Of a DNA stretch of 23,209 bases, positions 1-8,704 are shown piece by piece (position 1 is the first letter of the stretch; each line of letters starts with the position of its first letter). A program made the translations under genes and the position numbers. The DNA is from an uncultured Clostridium sp. (GTDB lineage: Bacteria > Bacillota > Clostridia > Lachnospirales > Lachnospiraceae), in assembly GCA_964437825.1 (NCBI GenBank), contig CAYTIH010000040.1, forward strand, positions 1-23,209, read 5' to 3'. Under the pieces are notes generated by a model. That model made no database searches, was not told the DNA's origin, and worked only from the letters and a program-made list of their open reading frames with translations.

Positions 1-489
1 CCTGTGACCGGACATGGTAAAGGCAAGTATCGTTTCCGGCAGTAATAAGGTCGAGCGGATGGAAAATCGGTATTTTGAGGCCAAAAAACCGTAGATTTAT
101 TTCCTAGAACTAGGACTTTAAATTTTCGGGCTTTTGACATCAATATCGAACAATCGTGCCATGTGGAGACAGTTGTAATGATGTCATGGGTGGAAGGAAA
201 ATAGGGAGTTGAGTTCGTGATTTGAATAACACAGGGTTGAGGCTGTGATTTAGATATCGGAGGGAAATATGTATTATCATGCATCACACAGGTAAAAGGA
301 ATTGTGCAATGAAAGCCGCATGTTTCTAATCATGGTATTCCGCTGATTTACTTTTCTAAGAAGATAGAAAATGTACTTGTCTATTTGAGTAATGCGATAG
401 AAAAATATTGTAGGGAAACAGGCTTTTCATACGATGGCAAGTGAAAAAAATGGGGATCATATGGGTTTAATAAAGATGACCGTCAGAGG

Positions 490-888
490 TTGGAAGAGTA
501 TTATCCAAACGCCCTTATAAGCACATACAAAGGCGTATCCGGATGCATTTATAGTGTGAAAGCTATCATCGATTCGGGTTTTGAAGTTCAGATTCCTGAT
601 GTTGCTGCAAGTGCCGAATCGGTAAATATGTCAGATGTAGAATTTATTCCTGATGCTTATGAGGCTATTTTACAAGCAGAAAAAGACGGTCTGATCACAA
701 TCGTTCGATATGAGGAAATTATAGACACCTGTGAAAAAACCGCCGATTACAGCAATCGGTAGCAATGCCGCTACAGAAAGGGTTACCGACAAGTACTAAT
801 TGACAACTATATCGCCATTTTCCGCATTGACGAACCACTCAAAACCGTTTATGTGGTAACAATACAATATCAGGGACGGAATTTATAA
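490..888 (+). pseudogene. ParE/RelE-family type II toxin remnant interrupted by a single in-frame TAG (760-762). The upstream 46 codons are fused in-frame to the toxin and no intact antitoxin is present.
   Basis: ORF 490..762 and the next 41 codons (763-885) share one frame, separated only by TAG. From Met628 the product is about 86 aa and ends in the RelE/ParE C-terminal signature YRQVLIDNYIAIFRIDEPLKTVYVVTIQYQGRNL. The other two frames upstream are full of stops. Confidence 0.5.
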
Positions 889-908
889 GATAAGCACCAA
901 ATGAGGTA

Positions 909-1349
909 ATGCATCATTTGGTGCTTTCGATACCTTTCCGTCCGCCAGCACGGAAGCAGATTACAGCAGCATTATCCGGAAAACGGCTGCCGGGAGAATT
1001 GATAGACCATTGGGCACTCATCATCCAAGACACCCCGATATGGTATATCCTGTCAACTATGGCTATGTGGAAAGGATTATGGCTGCAGATGGTGCAGCAT
1101 TTCACCATTTTAATGATGTAGAGGATAAATGGATCGTTTCATTAGACGGGAGAGAGATTCCCGATGACAAAATATTGGGAGATATTGCATTTCAAGAGCA
1201 GTTTTTTTATGGGAAGTTGTACGGATAATAGCTCTGAGCGGTGGACATGTTCTCATCAAAACCGGATTTTCAATACAGAATGGAAAAGAAGCATCGGCGC
1301 TTCTATTACGGATATCGGCAATGCACAGGAATTTGACGAAGCAGAATAA
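909..1349 (+). pseudogene. Frameshifted gene remnant. Three overlapping ORFs lie in three frames, possibly derived from a family I inorganic pyrophosphatase-like gene.
   Basis: ORFs 909-1121, 1010-1228 and 1164-1349 overlap in different frames. Frame 2 carries HPDMVYPVNYGYVE...DGREIPDDKILGDI...EQFFYGKLYG, which resembles the YPxNYG(F/Y)I, DGGEADDKIIAV and HFFxxYK segments of soluble PPases but with internal deletions. Confidence 0.3.
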
Positions 1350-1375
1350 AAGCGGGACAGATTCATATCCCGCTT
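1350..1375 (-). terminator. Stem-loop AAGCGGGA-N10-TCCCGCTT. On the minus strand it is followed by UUAUUCUGC, so it may act bidirectionally.
   Basis: An 8-bp perfect stem. It lies just after the stop of the plus-strand remnant ORF and downstream of the minus-strand gene 1511-1801. Confidence 0.45.
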
Positions 1376-1389
1376 ATCCTTCATCTCTA

Positions 1390-1475
1390 ACCTAGCTAGC
1401 TATCCAAGCTAACTTAACTAACCAAGCTAACCTACCCAGCTAACTTAACTAACCCGGCTATCCCAGCTAACCTAC
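1390..1475. repeat. Degenerate short tandem repeat built from AGCTAAC / GCTATCC / TTAACTAACC units. The minus strand reads as GGTTAG-like hexamers.
   Basis: AGCTAACTTAACTAACC occurs twice exactly. AGCTAACCTAC occurs twice. GCTATCC occurs twice. There is no coding potential. Confidence 0.6.
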
Positions 1476-1510
1476 GCTTCCGGTCATGATTCGCAAGCAT
1501 CAGTGATTCC

Positions 1511-1801
1511 TTATTCTGCGTCTGTATCTGCAGAATCCGTATCCTCGGAGTCATCCTCCGCATCATCCTCTTCGAATTCATCATCGAAGTCGTCCTCAAA
1601 GTCCTCCAGATAATCCGGAGTGAAATAACGGTATACTGCATATGCGATTCCGGCAATGGCAGCAACAGCTCCAACAATTACCAATATCCATAGTACGACA
1701 TTGCATTTTTTGCTTTCCGGTTCCGGTTCGGGCTCTTTTCTATTCAAAAATTCCGCTGTCTTAATGGTATTTATCAAATCTTCAATTTTGTCCTTGCTCA
1801 T
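1511..1801 (-). CDS. Small single-pass membrane protein with a strongly acidic C-terminal tail (D/E-rich). Function unknown.
   Basis: 96 aa. A GAGGG RBS lies 7 nt upstream. One hydrophobic TM segment is LWILVIVGAVAAIAGIAYAVY. The tail is DYLEDFEDDFDDEFEEDDAEDDSEDTDSADTDAE. Confidence 0.6.
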   Translation of the reverse strand: MSKDKIEDLINTIKTAEFLNRKEPEPEPESKKCNVVLWILVIVGAVAAIAGIAYAVYRYFTPDYLEDFEDDFDDEFEEDDAEDDSEDTDSADTDAE

Positions 1802-1922
1802 ATGATTACCCTCTTTCTGTGACTTCCTTCACGATTTCAATTTTGTTACCCATAGTATAACACCGGAGTGTCTGTTTTACCATTCTTTTTTTATAAAAAA
1901 TAATGCAACTCGTTCCCCGGAG

Positions 1923-4448
1923 CTACAGTTTCTTCAATTTTGCAAATCCGGCATACATAATTTTCGTACCCGCTCCGTCGAAGGTAACCGTCACTTTATA
2001 GTCCTTTGGCTCCTTCTCTATTTTCAGAACGGTACCCTCTCCATACTTAATATGGTTGACTCTGTCTCCTTCCGAATAAGTAAGTGCTCCTTCAAAAAGC
2101 GATTCGCCCTTGGTTATTCCCGGGACTCCGGAAAGTGCCGTTTTTTCTCCTTGAAACACCGGTTTGGCAGCGGCATTTCCTAAGCCGACACCGTACAGCT
2201 GCTTCAATCTGCTGTCCCCGCCTGCGCGGCTTGCGGGCTTTTTCAGTTCAAACATGGTATCGCTCTTGTAAGTACTTCCCGGCGTCCCATAGGCTGTCCT
2301 TCCTGCGGTACTTGTTCCCGTACCGTATCTGCCCCCTGCAGAAAATCCGCTGTTATCATAACGTCCGGGCTGATTTTTTCCAGTCTGCTGATTTCCAATC
2401 TGCTTCTGTCCTGCCTGCATGGCCTGATATCTCTCTACAAAAGAGAGCCCGGACATACCGCCGGAATCGGAGGTTACGCCAAATCCATAGTCATCATCAA
2501 ACTGTCTTCTATTATTTAACGGCCTGTTATCAAGCAGTTCCACAGGTATTTCTTTTACAAAGCAGCTGACATCATTATATTGCGTCTCACCCCTGATCAT
2601 TCTCTGTTTTGCACAGGACAGCGTCAGATCCTTTTTTGCCCTGGTAATTCCCACATAGGCAAGACGCCGTTCTTCCTCTACATCCATCGCATCATCGGAG
2701 CAAATGGACATATAGCTTGGAAAAATACCGTCCTCCATGCCGGCCAGATAGACATGCTCGAACTCCAATCCCTTGGCACTGTGCAGTGTCATTAACAGTA
2801 CCTTATTGTCATCCTCCGAAACGCCGTCAATATCGGCAACCAGCGCAACCTCCTCCAGGAAATTGCTCAGAGACGGTTCCTCATGGGACTCCTCATAGGC
2901 AACGATTTTACTGATGAATTCATCGATATTTCCCAGTCGATCCTTTGCATCTTCTTCATCGGAGGCCTCCAGCTGCTGAATATATCCCGTCGTATCGAGA
3001 ATATCCCGCATTAAGTCCTCCAGACTGTAGACATTCAGTTTACTGCGAAATACCTGAATCATAGTAACAAAGGGGGTTAGCTTGGCTGCACTTTTTCCAA
3101 GCGATCCGATTTGACCGGCGTCGCAAAGCGCATCATAAAAGCTGATTTCGTGCTGATCCGCATAATCCTGAACCTTTTGAATGGTAGTTGCTCCGATTCC
3201 TCGCTTGGGAATATTGATGATTCTTTTCACTGCCAGATCATCCCTGCCGTTATCAATGGTTTTCAGATAACTCAGCAGATCCTTAATTTCCCTTCTTGCA
3301 TAGAAATTGACACCACCCACCAGATTGTAGGGGATTCCTTCCACTACAAAACGTTCTTCCAGCAAACGGGACTGTGCGTTTGTTCTGTAAAGCACCGCAC
3401 ACTCATTGTAATCGGCGTCGCCATTTCTTCGTTTGCGTTTGATATCATCAGCGATAAATTCCGCCTCCTCATAAGCGGTATCAAACGGTCTGAAATGCAG
3501 CAGGCTTCCCCTCTCCTGCTGTGTCCAAAGCCTTTTATCCTTTCGGCCTACATTATTACGGATGACTGCATTAGCCGCATCCAGAATATTCCGGGTAGAA
3601 CGGTAATTCTGCTCCAGTTTGATCACCACTGCCTCCGGAAACACCTTTTCAAAGTCAAGAATATTCCGAATGTTGGCCCCTCGGAATTTATAGATGGACT
3701 GGTCATCATCACCCACCACGCACAGATTGTGATGGGACTGTGCAAGCAGTCTGATCAGTTCGAACTGTACCGTATTGGTATCCTGATACTCATCCACCAT
3801 AATATAGCGGAATCGCTTTTGGTACGCCTGCAATACATCGGGACAGGTCTTAAAAAGCTCCACGGTTTTCATCAGCAGATCATCAAAATCAAGTGCATTA
3901 TTCTTTTGCAGTGTGCTCTGATATTCCAGATATGCCTTGCTGATCCTCTGTTTTTGATAATCCCCCATTGTGTTAAGCGCATATTCCGTAGCAGAAATAT
4001 TTTCATTCTTTGCGCCGGAAATGGCTGATAAAATGGTCCGCTCCTTCAGCATCTTGGTATCAATCTGCAGATTCTTGCAGATTTCCTTCATAACGCTCTT
4101 GGAATCGTCCGTATCATAGATTGTGAAATTATTATCATACCCGAGTCGGTCAATATAACGGCGCAGAATCCGAGCACAGGTGGAATGGAAGGTAGCTACC
4201 CAGATACTCTCCGATCCATAGCCGACCAGCTGATCCACACGTTCTCTCATTTCTCCGGCTGCTTTATTGGTAAATGTAATCGCCATGATATTCCATGGGT
4301 CCACATTTTTTTCTTCTATTAAATATACAATCCGGTGGGTCAACACTCTGGTTTTGCCCGAACCCGCTCCGGCTAACAGCAGTACCGGTCCCTCCGTCTG
4401 ATAAACGCCCTCCTGCTGTCTTTCATTCAACGTATCATATATGCCCAT
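1923..4448 (-). CDS. pcrA: ATP-dependent DNA helicase PcrA (UvrD family) with an unusually long G/S/T/Q-rich linker before the C-terminal Tudor-like domain.
   Basis: Walker A AGAGSGKT and the UvrD helicase motifs (DEYQDTN, VGDDDQSIYKFRGA, YRST) are present. The C-terminal part GEGTVLKIEKEPKDYKVTVTFDGAGTKIM is typical of PcrA. Confidence 0.9.
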   Translation of the reverse strand: MGIYDTLNERQQEGVYQTEGPVLLLAGAGSGKTRVLTHRIVYLIEEKNVDPWNIMAITFTNKAAGEMRERVDQLVGYGSESIWVATFHSTCARILRRYIDRLGYDNNFTIYDTDDSKSVMKEICKNLQIDTKMLKERTILSAISGAKNENISATEYALNTMGDYQKQRISKAYLEYQSTLQKNNALDFDDLLMKTVELFKTCPDVLQAYQKRFRYIMVDEYQDTNTVQFELIRLLAQSHHNLCVVGDDDQSIYKFRGANIRNILDFEKVFPEAVVIKLEQNYRSTRNILDAANAVIRNNVGRKDKRLWTQQERGSLLHFRPFDTAYEEAEFIADDIKRKRRNGDADYNECAVLYRTNAQSRLLEERFVVEGIPYNLVGGVNFYARREIKDLLSYLKTIDNGRDDLAVKRIINIPKRGIGATTIQKVQDYADQHEISFYDALCDAGQIGSLGKSAAKLTPFVTMIQVFRSKLNVYSLEDLMRDILDTTGYIQQLEASDEEDAKDRLGNIDEFISKIVAYEESHEEPSLSNFLEEVALVADIDGVSEDDNKVLLMTLHSAKGLEFEHVYLAGMEDGIFPSYMSICSDDAMDVEEERRLAYVGITRAKKDLTLSCAKQRMIRGETQYNDVSCFVKEIPVELLDNRPLNNRRQFDDDYGFGVTSDSGGMSGLSFVERYQAMQAGQKQIGNQQTGKNQPGRYDNSGFSAGGRYGTGTSTAGRTAYGTPGSTYKSDTMFELKKPASRAGGDSRLKQLYGVGLGNAAAKPVFQGEKTALSGVPGITKGESLFEGALTYSEGDRVNHIKYGEGTVLKIEKEPKDYKVTVTFDGAGTKIMYAGFAKLKKL

Positions 4449-4460
4449 ACTTACCTCTTT

Positions 4461-4490
4461 AAAAAAAGACTGCCCCTTAACAAGGCAGCC
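4461..4490 (-). terminator. Rho-independent terminator of the pspA-SPFH operon: a hairpin followed by a T7 tract on the minus strand.
   Basis: CTGCC(4470-4474) pairs with GGCAG(4484-4488), with the outer G68:C90 pair. AAAAAAA at 4461-4467 gives UUUUUUU on the minus strand, immediately upstream of the pcrA RBS. Confidence 0.5.
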
Positions 4491-4508
4491 TTTTCACTCT
4501 TAAGATCA

Positions 4509-5498
4509 TTACCGGAACAACTGATGGCCGCAGTTCCCACAGAATTTCATTCCTGTTGTTGCAGTTCCGCAGTTCGGACAGAATTTCGGACACTCGCCGG
4601 GAATGGACGCCCGGGAAGCTCCCGCCTGATTCATTTGACCTGCACCGCTCTGATTTGCATTCATCTGATTCACAATCTGCTGTCCCATAGCCATGCCCAT
4701 CTGCATGCCGACCATCTGACCGGCAATATTGGCGCCGCCGTTACCGCCTTTTTCCATTGCGTTAGCTGCCGCAAGCTGCTGGTATTTATTGACATCCCCT
4801 ACCATGGACTGCGCCGCAGCCTTCTCCTGCATCTTCTTGACTTCCTCAGGATAGGAAAAACTTTCGATCGTAAAATCGGTAATGGCGATACCGATCTTTC
4901 GCATACTCATATCCAGATCGGATTCAATCCCCTTCGCAATGCTTCTGGCATCGGCCTGAAGGTTGAACATATCATGTCCTTCTTTTGCAATCCAAGACAT
5001 TAGCAGCTGATCCAGACTTGCAATTATACGCTCCTTCACATCGGAAACCGCATATGTCTGCTTAATGCCTGCCAGCTTATCAATGACGGTCATCGTATCT
5101 GCAATCTTGCAGTTAAATGTACCAAAGGCTCGAACCGGCATGCCTCCCGGAAGACCTGCTGCGGGAAGATTAATCGCATTCTTGGTTCCCCATCTGCACA
5201 GCACTTCCTTGGTATTGATAAATAATACCTCGGCCCTGAGTCCCGAATTAAAGCCAAATTTGAAGCCTTTTAATGTGGATAGAAACGGAATGATCTGGGA
5301 CTCAATATCAAACTGTCCCTCATCGGTAAAAATTCCTTCCACCCTTCCGTTATACAAAAAGATTGCATCCTGCCCCGGGCGGATGATTAATACGGAGCCT
5401 TTTTTGATCTCCGAATTATTCCATTTCCAGAATAGAACTTCTTCATTCACTTCCTTCCATTCAACAACATTGGAAAACTGTTTTGAAAATAAACCCAT
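4509..5498 (-). CDS. SPFH/band-7 domain protein with a Gly/Gln/Met-rich linker and a C-terminal zinc ribbon (COG4260, YdjI-like, PspA-associated).
   Basis: N-terminus MGLFSKQF..VEW....LFWKW....IKKGS.LIIRPGQ is characteristic of the COG4260 SPFH family. The C-terminus CPKFCPNCGTATTGMKFCGNCGH contains two CxxC pairs. It lies 55 bp downstream of pspA. Confidence 0.8.
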   Translation of the reverse strand: MGLFSKQFSNVVEWKEVNEEVLFWKWNNSEIKKGSVLIIRPGQDAIFLYNGRVEGIFTDEGQFDIESQIIPFLSTLKGFKFGFNSGLRAEVLFINTKEVLCRWGTKNAINLPAAGLPGGMPVRAFGTFNCKIADTMTVIDKLAGIKQTYAVSDVKERIIASLDQLLMSWIAKEGHDMFNLQADARSIAKGIESDLDMSMRKIGIAITDFTIESFSYPEEVKKMQEKAAAQSMVGDVNKYQQLAAANAMEKGGNGGANIAGQMVGMQMGMAMGQQIVNQMNANQSGAGQMNQAGASRASIPGECPKFCPNCGTATTGMKFCGNCGHQLFR

Positions 5499-5553
5499 AT
5501 TTATGTACCTTTTCCCTTATTTGCTTCACTGCCATACAATCAACGGCAGCTCC

Positions 5554-6237
5554 TTACATTCCCATTTCAGCCTTCAGCGCAGCAAGCTCATCATCAACAT
5601 CGGACAGTCTGCTGCTGGAATCATACTTCTTTGTCAGATTCTCGATGCTGTTTTCATCACTGCTCTGGTTCAGTTCATACATTGCATCGGCCTCATCAAG
5701 CATCTTTTCAGCCTTTTCCTCCATACGCTCAAACGCTGCCATATTGCTGCCGGCACTTTCAAGTCCGCTGCCCATCTTATTGAGCTTCTGCTGAGTCTCG
5801 GCTACCTTCATTTTTGCTTTGATCATTTCTTTTCTGGATTTTAAAGAAGAAATGTCGCTTTCCAGCTTATCATGCATTTCCCGCATCTTCCGGGCATTAT
5901 CGGCTGCCAGTGAATACTGCTGTTCCAAAACCACGTGTCTTTCACTAAGCTCCTTCTTCTTTGCAAGGAACTGACGCGCTTCATCATCGTTTCCACCGGC
6001 TACGGCCTTCTTTGCATATTCGCCCATTTTGGCGATCTCGGATTCATTTTCCTCCAGCTTACGCTTTGCGGCCTTTTCTTCTGCCATAATGGAAGCAGTT
6101 TCCGCCTTTACCTTTGCAAAATCATTTTCCAGATTACGAAGATACTGATCAATCATTTTCTCCGGATCCTCACATTTGTCCAAAAGTGCATTGAAATTAG
6201 CTGCCATAATGTCCTTAAATCTTGAAATAATACCCAT
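5554..6237 (-). CDS. pspA: PspA/IM30 (phage-shock protein A / ESCRT-III-like membrane stress protein).
   Basis: MGIISRFKDIMAANFNALLDKCEDPEKMIDQYLRNLE matches the B. subtilis PspA/LiaH N-terminus MSIIGRFKDIMSANINALLDKAENPEKM. The protein is coiled-coil rich. An AGGAGG RBS is present. Confidence 0.9.
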   Translation of the reverse strand: MGIISRFKDIMAANFNALLDKCEDPEKMIDQYLRNLENDFAKVKAETASIMAEEKAAKRKLEENESEIAKMGEYAKKAVAGGNDDEARQFLAKKKELSERHVVLEQQYSLAADNARKMREMHDKLESDISSLKSRKEMIKAKMKVAETQQKLNKMGSGLESAGSNMAAFERMEEKAEKMLDEADAMYELNQSSDENSIENLTKKYDSSSRLSDVDDELAALKAEMGM

Positions 6238-6376
6238 TTAAAAATCCTCCTCTTTCCTGTAGCAGTAAGTGTTTTTATTATACACGTTTTTGAAGAAGGT
6301 GTCTATGCCGAGCCGACAAATTTCACGCAATTTTAAGCCGAATTTTACTATTATTTCATCCTGTTGTCTGTGTGGG

Positions 6377-6424
6377 TTTCCATTCGGATTCTTTCGATGT
6401 AAACCTGACTTTCCATTCGGATTC
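6377..6424. promoter_or_regulatory. Two exact 15-bp direct repeats TTTCCATTCGGATTC (6377-6391 and 6410-6424), 33 bp apart, upstream of pspA. A TGTATAAT -10-like element lies at about 6285-6292 on the minus strand.
   Basis: The repeats are read directly from the sequence and overlap the 3' end of the EamA gene. They are a candidate operator for an envelope-stress regulator. Confidence 0.4.
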
Positions 6425-7274
6425 AAAGAACTGCAACGACAATCCCCGCAATAATGACTCCTGCACAAAACAGCTTATATCCGATATTCTTTTCATGAAA
6501 AATCAATTTTCCCGCCAATATAGTCACGATACACCCGCTCTGTTTGATCAGTGTCATCACGGTAATCCTGCTGTCTTCCATCCCGTTTGCGATAAACAGC
6601 GCTCTGTCCGCTGCCACGAACATAAAACTGAGCAGCCAGATCCAATAATTGGAAAACAGACTTTGAAATCGGATTTTTGTTCTGGATACAACAATATAAA
6701 CCGCATACATAAGTACCAGAAAAAGCATATACCAGAATTGCAGCTGGGCGCTTGTCATATCCTTCATAAGCAGCTTGTCCATCAGGCCCGAAACCGCGTT
6801 CAGCACGCACGAAACCAGCGCCATGACCACATAAATGACAACCACCTTTTCTTCCTGCTCCTGTCCTTTTTTCCGATACTTCAATAATAGCAGTCCTGCG
6901 CATACCAGAATCAGGCCGATTCCCTGAAATATCGTGAGCTTTTCATCCAGAACAATCACTCCAAGGAGCGTAGCAAACAAAACCCGCGACAAATCCAAAA
7001 TACCGTAGCAGCTGATGGGCAGATGCTCGATGGCCTTAAAGCTGCAAATCCATGCAACAAAGATAACAAAGGATTTCACAGCAACAAAGCAAAGCTGCAC
7101 TGCGCTCAGGCCCCCGGCTCTCGGCAGATCCGGCGTTACCATGAGAAATGACAATAATGTATATAAAAACAATACCTCAAGGACCGTATTTTTTTGCAGT
7201 GATTTTTTCTTGACCACTTCCCGGCATCCCTTTAAAATCCCGTAAACCAGCACCAGCAGCATCCACATATCCAT
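6423..7274 (-). CDS. EamA/DMT-superfamily membrane transporter (10 TM, two EamA repeats).
   Basis: 283 aa and highly hydrophobic. Two repeated 5-TM halves are present. The composition is typical of the DMT family (..FKAIEHLPIS..; ..LIKQSGCIVTILAG..). Confidence 0.7.
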   Translation of the reverse strand: MDMWMLLVLVYGILKGCREVVKKKSLQKNTVLEVLFLYTLLSFLMVTPDLPRAGGLSAVQLCFVAVKSFVIFVAWICSFKAIEHLPISCYGILDLSRVLFATLLGVIVLDEKLTIFQGIGLILVCAGLLLLKYRKKGQEQEEKVVVIYVVMALVSCVLNAVSGLMDKLLMKDMTSAQLQFWYMLFLVLMYAVYIVVSRTKIRFQSLFSNYWIWLLSFMFVAADRALFIANGMEDSRITVMTLIKQSGCIVTILAGKLIFHEKNIGYKLFCAGVIIAGIVVAVL

Positions 7275-7543
7275 GCCTCTTTCTAAATGCCCCTATGCAG
7301 GCACATGCTCGTTTCGCCGCATATTGACATATTTTCACAGATTGTATTTATTTTTTGCAAATTCTGTTACATTATATCCGGGCAGTTGTTATTTTGCAAC
7401 TCATACAATTTTAAACGCACCGTTCGCCTTGCAATTTGAAGCGCACGTTGCACTGTTCTAATAACTTATGCACCACTTTCCCCCTGCCTTTATATAATAA
7501 GAGTAAGAAATTTCGGAAGCGGTTTTAACCGCTCAGGAGACTT

Positions 7544-8548
7544 ATGCGAAAAAAAATAACCGGCATATGCCTGATTCTGACGCTCCTGATTTCCTGTTTA
7601 TCCGGATGCGGAAGCAGTACCAAGGATGATGACTCCGGACTTACGAAAGTGACTTTGAACGAAGTGGCGCATTCCATTTTCTATGCGCCCATGTATGTAG
7701 CGATTGAAAACGGATATTTTGCAGAGGAAGGCATCGACCTTGATCTGGTAACCGGATACGGCGCCGATAAGGTTATGGCGGCCGTTCTGTCAGGCGAAGC
7801 AGACATCGGTTTCGCAGGCTCGGAAGCCAGCATCTACACCTATCTGGAAGGCGCCAATGATTCCATTATTAACTTTGCGCAGCTGACACAGCGTGCCGGT
7901 AACTTTCTGGTATCCAGAGAGCCGATTGATGATTTTACCTGGGATATGCTGATCGGAAGGGATGTTCTTGGCGGCCGTGCAGGCGGCATGCCGGAAATGG
8001 TCTTTGAATACATTCTTGAGAAAAACGGAATTGCACCCTCGGATGTGAATATTGACCAGAGTATTGATTTTGGGTCCACCGCGGCTGCATTTTCGGGCGG
8101 GCAGGGCGAATTCAGTGTTGAGTTTGAACCCTTCGCCACAAGTCTGGAGCAAAAAGGCGACGGTTATATCGTGGCTTCTCTTGGCGAAGCTTCCGGATAT
8201 GTACCCTACACCGCATATTTTGCAAAATCCAGCTACATGGATGAGCATCAGGACATCATCCAGGCTTTTACAAATGCATTGCAAAAAGGAATGGATTATG
8301 TAAACTCCCATGATGCAAACGAAATTGCTAAGGTCATAGCGCCCCAATTTGCCGAGACGGATCTTGAAACGCTGGCAACGATTGTAGCGCGTTATCACGA
8401 TCAGGATACCTGGAAAACAGATCTGATTTTCAGCCAGGAAGCCTTCACTTTGCTTGAAAACATTCTGGAAGCTTCCGGAGAACTGCCAGAGCGTGTTCCC
8501 TATGAAGCGCTTGTTACTACCCGATATGCTGAGGCGGCAATTCAATAG
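7544..8548 (+). CDS. Lipoprotein, NMT1/THI5-SsuA-TauA-type ABC-transporter substrate-binding protein. It is an orphan: no permease or ATPase gene is adjacent.
   Basis: Signal peptide with lipobox LSGC↓G. AGGAGA RBS. NMT1/SsuA-like periplasmic binding fold motifs (GYGADKVMAAVLSGEADIGFAGSE). Confidence 0.75.
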   Translation: MRKKITGICLILTLLISCLSGCGSSTKDDDSGLTKVTLNEVAHSIFYAPMYVAIENGYFAEEGIDLDLVTGYGADKVMAAVLSGEADIGFAGSEASIYTYLEGANDSIINFAQLTQRAGNFLVSREPIDDFTWDMLIGRDVLGGRAGGMPEMVFEYILEKNGIAPSDVNIDQSIDFGSTAAAFSGGQGEFSVEFEPFATSLEQKGDGYIVASLGEASGYVPYTAYFAKSSYMDEHQDIIQAFTNALQKGMDYVNSHDANEIAKVIAPQFAETDLETLATIVARYHDQDTWKTDLIFSQEAFTLLENILEASGELPERVPYEALVTTRYAEAAIQ

Positions 8549-8704
8549 TTCCGGTGGAACAGCACCGTGAGAACAGCGCTTAAATAGCATTTGAATTTCA
8601 GTATAAAATACGATATGATATATGCACGCCGCAAAGCAATATCGGAAACGGATAACCCCGAAGCAGAAAATCGGCATAAAATAAAGAAACAAGGAGCAAA
8701 AACC

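Noticed and set aside
1390-1475. Possible CRISPR array
   Set aside because: The repeats are 7-17 bp, degenerate and contiguous, with no unique spacers. The same applies to the 18-bp and 36-bp coding repeats at 22871-22960 and 9486-9600.
2084-4028. Plus-strand ORFs 2084-2569, 2580-2795, 2717-2914 and 3111-4028
   Set aside because: They are antisense to pcrA, whose helicase motifs are unambiguous.
5065-5844. 259-aa and 103-aa plus-strand ORFs
   Set aside because: They are antisense to the SPFH and pspA genes.
6238-6903. ORFs 6238-6468 (-), 6372-6887 (+) and 6493-6903 (-)
   Set aside because: They overlap the EamA transporter in the wrong frame or strand, or lie in the pspA promoter region. 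None has an RBS.
7275-7543. TPP riboswitch upstream of the NMT1/THI5-like binding protein
   Set aside because: No CTGAGA or GGGG...ACCC core elements were found.
7790-8692. 300-aa minus-strand ORF
   Set aside because: It is antisense to the lipoprotein SBP gene. It has no RBS and its translation is implausible.
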